Of a stretch of 64,000 nucleotides of DNA, positions 1 through 10,071 are shown piece by piece. Every line of letters begins with the position of its first letter. Position 1 is the stretch's first letter. Origin of the DNA: Candidatus Latescibacterota bacterium (GTDB lineage Bacteria; Latescibacterota; UBA2968; UBA8231); NCBI GenBank assembly GCA_963422735.1, contig OY730476.1, positions 2,432,001 through 2,496,000 of the forward strand, written 5' to 3'. Under the pieces are notes generated by a model. That model saw nothing but the letters and a program-made list of their open reading frames with translations, was not told the origin of the DNA and ran no database searches. The position numbers and the translations under genes are program-made.

Positions 1-363
1 TCCTTCAGCTTTCCCATTGCCGAGGCCACCATTGCCCAAGGGTTTCTCGTCGATACGATTTCGACCGACCAGTACAACCGCCATGTTGACAGCCGCCCTC
101 AGCACGATCTCCCCCGCACGATGTCCAAACTCATCGCTGCCGGCATGGCCGAAGCCGATGTATTCGCCCGCGCCACCGCCCGCCCCGCCGAGGTACTAGG
201 CCTAAAGGGCGAGGTCGGCACCTTGGCCCCGAGTGCCTGCGCCGACTTGGCGGTGCTGCGCTGGAACGAGGAGGCCCTGCCCTTGCGCGACGTCAACGGC
301 GAGGAGCGGCCCGGTGGCTGTTGGGAGCCTGTGGCTACCATCCGCGGCGGCCAAGTGGTTTAA
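1..363 (+). CDS. Amidohydrolase/dihydroorotase-like metallohydrolase, C-terminal part (runs off window start)
   Basis: Frame 1 is open from base 1: DTISTD...MSKLIAAG...ATARPAEVLGL..EVGTLAP.ACADLAVL, the typical amidohydrolase C-terminus. Confidence 0.8.
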   Translation, partial: SFSFPIAEATIAQGFLVDTISTDQYNRHVDSRPQHDLPRTMSKLIAAGMAEADVFARATARPAEVLGLKGEVGTLAPSACADLAVLRWNEEALPLRDVNGEERPGGCWEPVATIRGGQVV

Positions 364-392
364 TTATGAGTTAGGAATTGTGGAGGATTTCT

Positions 393-1292
393 ATGACCGA
401 CAAACTAGCGCGTGGGATCTGGCCCGCGCTCGTCACTCCGTTCACCGACGACGGCAGCGCATTGGCCCCCGCGTGCGTCGAGCCGCTCGTCAGGCACCTG
501 ATCGAGGCTGGCTCGAACGGCTTCTTCGTCTGCGGTGGCACGGGCGAAGGGATCGCCATGAGCGTACCAGAGCGCAAAGCTATGGCCGAAGCGACCATCG
601 CCGCGGTCGCCGGTGCCGTGCCGCTGATCTTTCAAGTCGGCGCGACATCCACGGTCAATGCGGTCGAATTGGCCCAACACGCCGCGGCCGTTGGTGCGGA
701 CGCAGTGGCCTCGATTGCGCCGGTGGAAAAGCCCAATGACCTCCAAGCCGCGGTCGCCCACTACGCATCTATGGGTGCGGCTACCGATCTGCCCTTCTAC
801 GTGTACTGGCTCTCCCACACCGCCGCCAAGGACGTTACAGCCGAACAGTTCCTCGAGGCCATGGAAGCCGTGCCCAACTTCAGCGGCCTCAAGTTCACCG
901 ATAGCAACTTCTACCTCTTCCAACGCCTCGTACAGCTAGGCGGCGACCGCCTCAACCTAATCTCCGGCCCCGACGAAATCTGCCTCGGCGGCATGGTCGC
1001 CGGCAGCGACGCGGCCATTGGCTCGACCTACAACATCATGCCCAAACTGTTCGTGGAAATGAGGCAACACTTTGAAGCGAGCGATATACGGCCAGCCATG
1101 GCCCTGCAAGCGCGAGCCAACGAGGTCATCTCCACCTTGTCCCACTTTGACCTATTAGGGGCCGTCAAGGAGATTTTGACCATGCGCGGGCTGCCCGTAG
1201 GCCCTACCCGCCCGCCTCGCATCCCGTTCGACGATGCAACTCGCGCCGCGCTGTGCCGGGCACTAGACGACCTCAGCTTCGCAGTGGAATGA
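393..1292 (+). CDS. DapA/N-acetylneuraminate lyase family aldolase
   Basis: PALVTPF, GGTGEG, Schiff-base lysine in GLKFTD, IGSTYN (NanA-like); GGAGG RBS before ATG 393. Confidence 0.85.
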   Translation: MTDKLARGIWPALVTPFTDDGSALAPACVEPLVRHLIEAGSNGFFVCGGTGEGIAMSVPERKAMAEATIAAVAGAVPLIFQVGATSTVNAVELAQHAAAVGADAVASIAPVEKPNDLQAAVAHYASMGAATDLPFYVYWLSHTAAKDVTAEQFLEAMEAVPNFSGLKFTDSNFYLFQRLVQLGGDRLNLISGPDEICLGGMVAGSDAAIGSTYNIMPKLFVEMRQHFEASDIRPAMALQARANEVISTLSHFDLLGAVKEILTMRGLPVGPTRPPRIPFDDATRAALCRALDDLSFAVE

Positions 1293-1897
1293 GGGCCATT
1301 TCCCTCCCGGACGGCGACCTGCGCTGCGCCCCCGACTTTTTGGCTCCTGCCGAGGCCGACCTATTCATGCGGCAACTGTTGGACGGTATTAAGTGGCAAC
1401 AGCACCACGTCGTCGTCTTTGGCCGCCAGCTTCCCGCACCGCGTCTTTCGGCGTGGCACGGGTCCGCCGAGGCCCACTACGCCTATTCGGGGCTAGCGCT
1501 GGAGCCGCGCCCGTGGACCGCACCGCTGCTAGACCTCAAGACGCGGATCGAAGCGGCCGCCGACTGTCCCTTCAACAGCGTCTTGCTCAATCAGTACCGC
1601 GACGGCCGCGACAGCATGGGCTGGCACAGCGACGACGAGCCAGAGCTAGGAGCCAACCCGACGATCGCCTCGCTGAGTTTGGGCGAGACGCGGCGCTTCA
1701 TCCTGCGGCACAAGCACCGCGACCGCTCACTGGTCGAAATCCCACTCGGGCACGGTGCGCTCCTCATCATGCGCGGCCCGACCCAAACCTACTGGCAACA
1801 TCAAGTCCCCAAGACCCGACGCCCGTGCGCCTTGCGCCTCAACCTCACCTTCCGCCGCATCGTCGCTACTCGACGACCGCCCACCGGTGTGCCTTAA
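1289..1897 (+). CDS. AlkB-family (ALKBH2/3-like) 2-oxoglutarate Fe(II) dioxygenase
   Basis: FNSVLLNQYRDGRDSMGWHSDDE, WQHQVPK, RLNLTFR motifs; ATGA overlap with upstream stop. Confidence 0.9.
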   Translation: MRAISLPDGDLRCAPDFLAPAEADLFMRQLLDGIKWQQHHVVVFGRQLPAPRLSAWHGSAEAHYAYSGLALEPRPWTAPLLDLKTRIEAAADCPFNSVLLNQYRDGRDSMGWHSDDEPELGANPTIASLSLGETRRFILRHKHRDRSLVEIPLGHGALLIMRGPTQTYWQHQVPKTRRPCALRLNLTFRRIVATRRPPTGVP

Positions 1898-2200
1898 TCC
1901 CCTGCCCTTGCACTGCAGCTAGCGAGACTACCCACCGCCGACACCATTCGTCGTAGTTTCTTAGCTCAGACGCGGGGTTGGACCGGTTGCGGGCCACGAA
2001 GTCGGGATGGAAGGGGCGACCGGTCGGCGTCCCCGTCTTCTGATAGCGCAAGTCCATACTCCAGCGCACGGTGGGCGTCGAGCGGTGCGGCGTCTGCTTG
2101 TCCATCAGCAACACATCGCCTTTGTCCATCGGCAAAGTGCGCGGCGCAGCCTGCGGCATTTCCTCGTCGATGATCACCATGCCTCTACGATGTCCGGGGG
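1866..2200 (-). pseudogene. Phytanoyl-CoA dioxygenase (PhyH) family C-terminal remnant
   Basis: PMDKGDVLLM..TPHRSTP/TVRWSMDLRYQ..G.PTGRPFHP; N-terminal half absent or frameshifted. Confidence 0.6.
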
Positions 2201-2609
2201 TGCTGGTCCGAGAAATCGACTTGGGCTATCAAGCGGCGGGCCAGTACTGACGAGCACCAGCACCGCCCATTGGGATGGCCGCGACCATCGCGGCGAGCAC
2301 GTCCCAGCGGCGTATATCTGTACCGCTTGCAGGCCGGGCCGGTCGTCGAGGTGTGCAAGATGGTCGTCGTTAAATAAGACAACAGCGATCTCGCAGCACC
2401 TAAATTCCGGTCAATCAGAACGCGGCCAGTGCCCTTTGTGCGTCGAACTGAAAACGAATGCGGCCTCAAGGGCCGCCCTAAAACGGATGACAGAGTAAGG
2501 TATGGAGTTATCCGATGATGAATCCCAAAAGTGGAGACGTTGCACAACAACTTCCGGCAGTCGACCTGTGCGCAACGGTAGGATTGGGCTTGGGAGTTCA
2601 TAACAGCCA

Positions 2610-2709
2610 CGGTCAACCGGCAGTTGAGAAGGGCAAAATCTACTGGACGGATGATGGTGGGATACAGATCCGACGAGCCGACCTAGACGGCTCTAAGAAG
2701 CGTTCTTAA
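2610..2709 (+). pseudogene. YWTD (LDL-receptor class B) repeat protein fragment truncated by a MITE
   Basis: GKIYWTDDGGIQIRRADLDGS runs directly into the MITE terminal repeat, which supplies KRS*. Confidence 0.6.
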
Positions 2710-2842
2710 AACCAAGGTTTCGGTCTCTCACTCGGCTCCAAGTATCTGGGACCCAGGGCATCTCGCTCTATGAAAAACGCTTGACGCCAAGGCCACTAAA
2801 CAGCCTCGCAAAGCAGCTCGAAGGGGATTTTAAGAACGCTTC
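2697..2842 (-). mobile_element. 146-bp MITE, copy 1 (IS5 family IS1031-like ends)
   Basis: Perfect 15-bp TIR GAAGCGTTCTTAAAA...TTTTAAGAACGCTTC; its reverse complement matches 17106-17251 with about 12 mismatches by manual alignment; flanks TAA/TTA. Confidence 0.85.
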
Positions 2843-2873
2843 TTAGACAAATCTGCTTAAGTCAAGATAAAAT

Positions 2874-2903
2874 TTGCATTTGCTCGAAGTCTTTTTATAT
2901 ACT
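2874..2903 (+). promoter_or_regulatory. Possible sigma70-type promoter for the 3073 operon
   Basis: TTGCAT-N18-TATACT in an AT-rich leader. Confidence 0.3.
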
Positions 2904-3072
2904 GGTAGAAACCTAAAATTGGCCGGTACAAAGGCTTACATACAACATAGAGTAATGAGTTTCGCCCATATTCCCATTTGGAGAAGGGAGGTGGCAATAG
3001 CAAAATTGGGAAAAACGAAGTTTCGCAGAAGTACTCCGCTTTCATCAGTTATACCAGCTTGGAGAGTGCATT

Positions 3073-4980
3073 ATGAAGACGTTTTTAGCCAATATTTGCC
3101 TCGCAGTAGCTTTCGCCTTGCTGCCTACCCACTCGGCATTCGCCCAGGGTGCCATAGGCGGCGAGGCGAATGAAATAACCGAGAGCCGGATGCCTACGGT
3201 GCTAACGATCGAAGTCGAGGACATGAACAGCAACAGCTTCCCTGTGGATATTCCCTTTACTATGTCGGGATCTCCCGCCACCGTCTATCTGGCTGTTTAC
3301 ACGAACTTGGGGGATGCCGATCTCCCGGGTCTGACGGTGGAGGGCGATTTCAACTGGCATACTTATCAGGAAGTGAACTACGCTCTGTGGGTTTCCCCGG
3401 GCTCTCGCTTTGAGCCGGGTTCGCATTCAATCCGGTGGGATGGAAACGATATGAACGGCAATCAGGCCGATCCCAATGCCAGCTATCGGTTCTTTATCGT
3501 CGGCCTTGACGACCAAGCACCTATCAACATGGTGGGCTATGCCAATGAGCGACACACGGCTGAGTCGTGCTTGGCCCGTGATCAGAACGGCGATCTCTTC
3601 ATTGTGACCGGTGGTAGCACACAGCGGCTGACGGCGGATGGGCCGCGCCATTTGTTCCTCACTCGCGTCGGCACTAACTGGCTGGAGACGCCAGGCGCGT
3701 GGCAGGCCATTGACGTCGAGAACGAACTCATGACTGTTTTCCACGAGGACGACGTTATGCCGGCGGAGTGGCAGGGTGGCGGCAACGGCAAACAGTATGG
3801 TAGTCTGCCCGGCGACTTCTACGGCGATAGCTGGGACGGAACGGTCTATGGCTCCATCAAGTTCAACGTCGATCCGGCGAACGGTCAAGTCACCTTGGAC
3901 CGGAACTTCGGCACTGAGGGGGACGGCCGCATGAAGTTCGAGCCCTTCAGCGATGGGAATCTAGCTGTGGGATCGACTGGCATAGATGTATGGAAAGGAC
4001 GGCTCTACTACCCCATCTACGACCGGGGTAGAGACGCGCCCGCCCACGCCAATGTCGGGATTCAGGATGCGGCTACCGGCGAGGTCATTGACGTGCTCGA
4101 CCTGTCCGACTGGCTGGTAGTGGATGTGGGCGAGGGCAATCAGGCCTTCAGCCCCCACGATATCTGGGTGGACGATACCGGTATCTACATCGTGGGCTAT
4201 GCTGGCTCCCAGCATGTCAAGATCACCCTTGACGGTGAGTTGAAGTGGCTCAACGACAACGGCGATGGCTTTGCGGATCGGCGGAACGCGGACACCGGAG
4301 AATTCGACTATGGTGCCTTCTCCATCACGCCGTGGAACACATCTGGTTCGGGCAGCAAGGACGGCTGGGGCTTTGCCTTTATCCCGCTTTTAGGCAGTAC
4401 CTCCAGCACCGTGGATATCTTAGGACCGGATGGTACGGGTATCCTCCACATGGTGGCCACCCACGCTCCGGCCCACTGGCCGCAATGGGTAGAGTCGATT
4501 GAAGAGGACGGTCCGTACGACGGGATTTACTGGGATATCGGCTCGCGGCGCGGCGGTGGGACAGACCCCTGGGATGTGCCCGACTTCACGGGATTTCCGT
4601 CTCGTCAGGCGATCCACTTTCCCTTTGACACCAAGACCGCGCTCATCAATCCCGATACCGATGCCACGGTCGTAGAAGCGGTAGAGGGGGCGGGTCTGCC
4701 CGGTAAATATGCGCTCGATAACGCCTTTCCCAATCCGGCCAACCCGCAGACCACTATCCGCTTCAGCATCCCCCGGGATGAGAACGCGATGCTGCAGATA
4801 TACAATTTGTCGGGTCAGCAGGTGAAGACTCTGCATCGAGGTTGGGTCGAGGCCGGCGCGTATCAGAGCGCATGGGATGGGACGGATGATTCTGGCGCGA
4901 GCATGGCCAGTGGCGTGTATCTCTACACCCTGCAGGCCGGTAGCTTCTTTGAGGCTAAGAAGCTGACTTTGCTCAAGTAA
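3073..4980 (+). CDS. Secreted protein with N-terminal FlgD-Ig-like domain, beta-rich core and C-terminal FlgD/T9SS type-A-like sorting domain
   Basis: Signal peptide ending AFA-Q; PGSHSIRWDGNDMNG; C-terminus YALDNAFPNPANPQTTIRFSIP...WDGTDDSG..MASGVYLYTL...KKLTLLK. Confidence 0.85.
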   Translation: MKTFLANICLAVAFALLPTHSAFAQGAIGGEANEITESRMPTVLTIEVEDMNSNSFPVDIPFTMSGSPATVYLAVYTNLGDADLPGLTVEGDFNWHTYQEVNYALWVSPGSRFEPGSHSIRWDGNDMNGNQADPNASYRFFIVGLDDQAPINMVGYANERHTAESCLARDQNGDLFIVTGGSTQRLTADGPRHLFLTRVGTNWLETPGAWQAIDVENELMTVFHEDDVMPAEWQGGGNGKQYGSLPGDFYGDSWDGTVYGSIKFNVDPANGQVTLDRNFGTEGDGRMKFEPFSDGNLAVGSTGIDVWKGRLYYPIYDRGRDAPAHANVGIQDAATGEVIDVLDLSDWLVVDVGEGNQAFSPHDIWVDDTGIYIVGYAGSQHVKITLDGELKWLNDNGDGFADRRNADTGEFDYGAFSITPWNTSGSGSKDGWGFAFIPLLGSTSSTVDILGPDGTGILHMVATHAPAHWPQWVESIEEDGPYDGIYWDIGSRRGGGTDPWDVPDFTGFPSRQAIHFPFDTKTALINPDTDATVVEAVEGAGLPGKYALDNAFPNPANPQTTIRFSIPRDENAMLQIYNLSGQQVKTLHRGWVEAGAYQSAWDGTDDSGASMASGVYLYTLQAGSFFEAKKLTLLK

Positions 4981-5005
4981 TATTCCAGGTCATATTGCTA
5001 CAGAT

Positions 5006-5060
5006 GGACAAGGTGGGAGATTGGCTGTTGTTTGGACTATTCACTCACCTTGTCCTCTTT
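5006..5060 (+). terminator. Stem-loop after the first operon gene (terminator or mRNA stabiliser)
   Basis: GGACAAGGTG...CACCTTGTCC followed by TCTTT. Confidence 0.45.
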
Positions 5061-5123
5061 CACACCCCATCTCAACTGTCTAGGCACAGCTAAGTCACCC
5101 CCTTACAGGAAGAAGGCTTTCTC

Positions 5124-7268
5124 TTGGGAAGACGAAGGATTTTGCTGTCCCTGACGCTCCTCCTGCTCGGCTTTGGTAGCAGCCGACTCTGTGGCCAAAC
5201 TCTCCGCATAGGCCACTGGGAACAGACAACTTACTACCGTCATACCTTCCAGGCTCAACAGGCTCACTCGGGGATCGTGAGGATTACAGCTATCGGGGAT
5301 TATACCCTTTATTTTAATGGTAGCGAAGTGGAATCCGACAGCGACTGGAGGACTGCCGAAGAAGTCTCTGTGGACCTGCGGACAGGGGCCAACGATATAG
5401 CGGTGGCGGTGAACCACTTCGAGGCTGTAGCCGGCGCCGGCCTGATTCTCAGCCTTCAGGCTGGTCCTCAGATCGCAGTGAGTAATTTCACGGACGAAAC
5501 ATCTCTCTGGTTCTGGTCGGACGCCGCGCAAGTCGGTACCGACTGGACAACCGAGAATGTGCAAAATTCGTGGAAGAGGGTGCAGGCTGGAACGATCAGC
5601 AGAGGGCGAGTGCAAGGAGGCATATTTCATCCGCTCGCCGAGGTGATCGTCGGCTATCCGAATGCGGTGAATCTGGGCAGTTCGAGCACGGGCCACATCG
5701 TCCTCGCCGACCAGCGTGGCCAGAATATAGCCTTGGGACTAAATGCTACTGAAGTGGGGGTGACGGATGGCCGGATCGGCACTCCGGTATGGTCTTTGCC
5801 CCAGGGACTGAGTGCGCTGAATCGCTTGGTCGATATCACGCTGCCGGACCTGACGCGGATCAACCGGGTTCGGGTTATAACTAAGCCTCCCGCTGGCAAC
5901 GAGACGTATGCTGGCAACTCGCTGTTGGGGTATTCTGTGCAGATCAGCGAGGACCAGTCTCGCTGGATTGAGATGGGTGGAATCAACGACATAGAGGACT
6001 TTATCTTCACAGAGGTGCTCTTTGATCCAGTGTTGGCACGCTACGTCCGGATCCAAGTGACCCAAGCAGAGGTAGGCCAAGATCCGGCTAAGGTGACGGA
6101 GATTCAGATATACGGCGTTGATTTTGTCTCTGAAGGAGGCTATATCTCGCCGCCGCTAGACTTTGGCGATGCTGCGGTGAAGAATTTCGGGCGCGTACGC
6201 TGGTCGGCGCATGTGCCTGCAGCGACGGAGTTGAGCTTGCAGTTCAGCACGGGAGATTCGCCGGATACGACCGATGCTAGCTGGAGTGCCTGGAGTCGGG
6301 AATTCGAGGGCTCAGACATCTTCGTTCCCTCTCCCGAACCGCGGCGCTATCTGCGCTACCGGGTCAATCTCCGCACCGAAGACTTGGAAGTTACTCCGGC
6401 TTTGGACAGTCTTGAGATCGACTTCAGCACGAAGGGAATCGCCGCCAGGGATGCACGTGGTTCAGTGGTCCCCAACGAGGCCCCGATGGGAGTGGAGATT
6501 CCCTTCGTCTATCGGGCTATCTTAGAGTTGGCCGAGGGTGACGTTGTGGAGAAAATTCGGATCCGCCTGCCCAGCTTTCCCACTAGAGTGGATTCGATTC
6601 AACTGCTCGGCCAGGATATCCCTGTGCTGCAGTTTCCCACCGGTAGCGGGGGTATTGACGCGGGAGGACGCGTGTTGCGGATTACGCCTCGGAGCGTCAA
6701 CGACCTAGACATTCTCTTCGAACCGCCGCTGAGTTCGATGGACGGAACGGATATCCCTTTCCAAATTCTAATCCACTCTGCTCTCTACACCGACACGCAT
6801 GAATTTCGCGCCGCCCTGTTCAGTCCTAGTTCTGAAAATCCACAGAACATCCGCGAGAATTCGGTGGACGGCGCTTCTTGGAAGGTCGTAGTAACTGATG
6901 TGGTGACGAAGGATCTGCTCAATGTCAGAGCCCACCCTCGCGTCTTCACACCCAACGGAGATGGCGTAAACGACTTCACCGTGATCGAGTTCACACTGAC
7001 CAAAGTGGCCACACCGCGCCGCGTGGATGTGGAGATATTCGACCTGTCCGGGCGCAGAGTAAGCCGGCTCTACACGGAACGGCTAATTGGCGGCCGCTAT
7101 GTTCATCCTCTCTTGAATAAAGAAGAAGCGCGCTTTGTTCCGGGCTTCTGGGATGGCATGGATGAGTCCGGCGAATTGGTGCCCCCCGGAATTTATTTTT
7201 TTATGGTTAAAGCGAATCTGGATAGCGGGGATGAAACGGCCGCTGGGGTCGTCCATCTCGTCTACTAG
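5124..7268 (+). CDS. Secreted multidomain protein: galactose-binding-like domain, F5/8-type C (discoidin) domain, C-terminal FlgD/CHU_C (T9SS type-B-like) domain
   Basis: Signal peptide; YSVQISEDQSRW...ARYVRIQV...VTEIQIYG; HPRVFTPNGDGVNDF...WDGMDESGELVPPGIY. Confidence 0.8.
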   Translation: MGRRRILLSLTLLLLGFGSSRLCGQTLRIGHWEQTTYYRHTFQAQQAHSGIVRITAIGDYTLYFNGSEVESDSDWRTAEEVSVDLRTGANDIAVAVNHFEAVAGAGLILSLQAGPQIAVSNFTDETSLWFWSDAAQVGTDWTTENVQNSWKRVQAGTISRGRVQGGIFHPLAEVIVGYPNAVNLGSSSTGHIVLADQRGQNIALGLNATEVGVTDGRIGTPVWSLPQGLSALNRLVDITLPDLTRINRVRVITKPPAGNETYAGNSLLGYSVQISEDQSRWIEMGGINDIEDFIFTEVLFDPVLARYVRIQVTQAEVGQDPAKVTEIQIYGVDFVSEGGYISPPLDFGDAAVKNFGRVRWSAHVPAATELSLQFSTGDSPDTTDASWSAWSREFEGSDIFVPSPEPRRYLRYRVNLRTEDLEVTPALDSLEIDFSTKGIAARDARGSVVPNEAPMGVEIPFVYRAILELAEGDVVEKIRIRLPSFPTRVDSIQLLGQDIPVLQFPTGSGGIDAGGRVLRITPRSVNDLDILFEPPLSSMDGTDIPFQILIHSALYTDTHEFRAALFSPSSENPQNIRENSVDGASWKVVVTDVVTKDLLNVRAHPRVFTPNGDGVNDFTVIEFTLTKVATPRRVDVEIFDLSGRRVSRLYTERLIGGRYVHPLLNKEEARFVPGFWDGMDESGELVPPGIYFFMVKANLDSGDETAAGVVHLVY

Positions 7269-7310
7269 CTCGACCGGTGCAAGAAACAGGGAGATGGTCT
7301 GGCACTGATT

Positions 7311-10064
7311 GTGTCAAACCACAAGCCCAAGGCAATGCGGAGAAGCGTAGTGATAGAGAGGATTAGAGGAGAATTATCACTCGCTATATTCGCCGCGTTT
7401 CTCCTATACTTCTGTAGGGCCGAGGCTCAGCTAATCTCCCGCGACTACTACCCTCTGTGGCAAAAAGAGCATTACGAGAATCTCGGACAGTACGGCTACC
7501 GAGACTTTGATGAGCAGGACATTGAACGGCGGGTCTACGACCCCTTTGGGGTCTACTTAATTGACGGGGTTCCAGTGTTCACGCTCGAGGAGAGCCGTAC
7601 CGAGGGACCAGAGCGGGGCAGCGCTATCTTCAAGAGTCCGATCTACCCACGGATTTTCCGCAACTTGATGCTCGGCATGGATTCTTACCGGGGATGGTCG
7701 GCTGCTATCATGGTAGGCGATGCCATCCCCACCCGCTTTTCACCTTTGACTCTGAATTTGAGCCGTCTCAACGGCCTTCGCTTCGATGCCTCTACGCGCA
7801 AGACCAGTTTCAGCATTATTGCCTCGCGGATCTCGGATCCGGTACTCTTGGCGACGGGGTTGTCCCAGAGCGGCGTTCAGGTAAATCCAAAAGGCGTGTT
7901 CGGCAGACCTTCGTTCGGAACCTACCTGATAGGCGGCCATTGGGAGACGACTCTGGGGAGTGTGCTCAAACTGGGTTCCACCTATGTCAATGTTCACAAC
8001 TTCGACAGTATCGCGAGCAGGAAGGAGGGATCGCTCAAGGGAGTCGTTCCCTTTTCCGCTCTCGACGAGGGAAAGTCAGTATTCGTCTTAGTTAGCGATG
8101 ATTCCCATTGGGATGGAGAAGGGCCACGCGTCTATCGCATGGAGATGTACGTTGGCGGCGAGAGGCGGGACGATATCGAGCCGATGATTCGAATGATCCA
8201 CTCGGTGCCCGAACTCATAGGTGCTGCCAACAGGACTATCGGGCGGGGAACCAGTGAGATCGCGCTCAATCGGGCGGACAGACCTTCGTGGCTAATCCAG
8301 AATTATCAGATGGAGGAAATAGTCAGGGAGGGGTACACGCGCAGCGGTCAGCTCAGCAATTTTACCAGCGGCGGGCTGTTCTTTAAGGAAGGAGATCCCG
8401 TAAGCCACGATGGCGTTCCTTTTTTACAAGTAGATGGGACGGACATTCTGGTCTACCGCTTTGAGATTCCTCCGGGTTCCGAGAAGGTGCATTTCAGGGC
8501 GCTAGCTGCAGGGGACTATGTAGTGGATGTGGCCAGTGCCCTAGACTGGATCGGCACCGATGTCCAATGGAGGGATTGGCACACCGCAAAGCGGGCCGAG
8601 AACAATGCCAAGGACCGGGGCAATATGGGGTGGATCACGTTCCGCTATGGATTCCCGACGGGGATGATTCTCTACGGAATGAACTTCGAGGCCAAAGTCT
8701 TGGGCCTCCGCGCTTGGGGTGAATTCGTCCGGAATACCTCCTATTTCCAGTTCCCGTCGGGAGAAGGCAAGCGTCTTTCCACGAATGAGGACGCCTATTT
8801 CCTCAATGTGTTTCGGGACATGGGCCGTTGGGACATGGGGTTCGAGTATGTGAGTTTGCCTTCGGGCTTTGCCACTTCTTTTCAAGCCCTAATGCAGAAC
8901 CCCCGGCAAAATGTCATCGCCCCCTTTGACTTGGTGGACGACAACGACGATCGGGATGAATGGCCCGACCGCTGGGAGCAGGAGCGCGATTTTGCCTCGC
9001 TTAACATGACGCCGGCCCCGGGAGCAGGTCTGGGATTCGGGGTTTTTCCCGGCCTAGACGTGGATAACGATGGAGTTCGGGACAACACTTGGTACAACGG
9101 AGCGGACAAGGTCCTAACCTATTACGACCAGCCCTTTGTGTTCGGCGATGATTTCAATAATAACGGCCTAGTGGATGGGTGGGAGAACGACAATCGGTCG
9201 GATTATCCCTACGATCACGATAGTCGCGGCGGTCATTTCTTCATCACCTGGCGTCCCTTTACTTCCCAGCAGCATGCATGGATGCGAGCCGGCCGCTACG
9301 ATATGCGCCAGCCGGCCAGCGGTGGCCGGAATTTGACCACCTATGTGAAGACTAATTATCCGAGGCGCTGGCCGGGGCTCGGCCAGCTGCAGATCGGCTA
9401 CTACGGCAAGAGAGTACGGGACGATATTAGCAATGATCTGTACCAATTCGTCGGCAGCGGCAGGTACCAAGTATTGCCGGATCGGCTGCTGCTGCGGAAC
9501 AGTCTGCAGAATACCTTCGTGGTGGGGACTCATGTCAACACAGACATGCTGCCGCACTTAAACATCTACAATGATATTATCGTGGAAATCAACGACCAGC
9601 GAGAATTGACCGATGGGGATTTCTCTCAGCCGGATAGCCGCATAACGACTATAGGGTATGTCGCTAGGGTCGATTACACTTGGTATATAGGCGATAGCTT
9701 CGGCTTCGGGCCGATGTTTAAGGCAGTCTTCAACCGGACCAAGGCCGAACTATTTAGTTTACAGAGACACGCGTATACACTGACGCCGATCATAAGGGGA
9801 GATTACCATTTGGCACCGCACACAGTGCTGCGAGGGGGGATCCTCGGATGGCCACTGCGGGAGAAGCACCGAGACTTGGTGCGGCCTTTTTTGGACCGAG
9901 ATTCTTGGTACTACATCTTGGTTCTGGAGAATCTCGGCAATTACCGGGGAGTTGATGTGAGTACCAACATTGGGTACCAGAAGAATTTTGACCGCTATCC
10001 TTCCTCTTCACACCGCGTGGATGTCGGTGCCGTCCGCTATTTCATCCGCTTGCGCATCGGATAG
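7311..10064 (+). CDS. Uncharacterised large exported protein, paralogue A (probable outer-membrane beta-barrel with Asp-rich insert)
   Basis: 917-aa ORF, signal-like N-terminus, DDNDDRDEWPD and FPGLDVDNDG motifs, alternating terminal strand YFIRLRIG. Confidence 0.8.
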   Translation: MSNHKPKAMRRSVVIERIRGELSLAIFAAFLLYFCRAEAQLISRDYYPLWQKEHYENLGQYGYRDFDEQDIERRVYDPFGVYLIDGVPVFTLEESRTEGPERGSAIFKSPIYPRIFRNLMLGMDSYRGWSAAIMVGDAIPTRFSPLTLNLSRLNGLRFDASTRKTSFSIIASRISDPVLLATGLSQSGVQVNPKGVFGRPSFGTYLIGGHWETTLGSVLKLGSTYVNVHNFDSIASRKEGSLKGVVPFSALDEGKSVFVLVSDDSHWDGEGPRVYRMEMYVGGERRDDIEPMIRMIHSVPELIGAANRTIGRGTSEIALNRADRPSWLIQNYQMEEIVREGYTRSGQLSNFTSGGLFFKEGDPVSHDGVPFLQVDGTDILVYRFEIPPGSEKVHFRALAAGDYVVDVASALDWIGTDVQWRDWHTAKRAENNAKDRGNMGWITFRYGFPTGMILYGMNFEAKVLGLRAWGEFVRNTSYFQFPSGEGKRLSTNEDAYFLNVFRDMGRWDMGFEYVSLPSGFATSFQALMQNPRQNVIAPFDLVDDNDDRDEWPDRWEQERDFASLNMTPAPGAGLGFGVFPGLDVDNDGVRDNTWYNGADKVLTYYDQPFVFGDDFNNNGLVDGWENDNRSDYPYDHDSRGGHFFITWRPFTSQQHAWMRAGRYDMRQPASGGRNLTTYVKTNYPRRWPGLGQLQIGYYGKRVRDDISNDLYQFVGSGRYQVLPDRLLLRNSLQNTFVVGTHVNTDMLPHLNIYNDIIVEINDQRELTDGDFSQPDSRITTIGYVARVDYTWYIGDSFGFGPMFKAVFNRTKAELFSLQRHAYTLTPIIRGDYHLAPHTVLRGGILGWPLREKHRDLVRPFLDRDSWYYILVLENLGNYRGVDVSTNIGYQKNFDRYPSSSHRVDVGAVRYFIRLRIG

Positions 10065-10071
10065 AGTTGCT

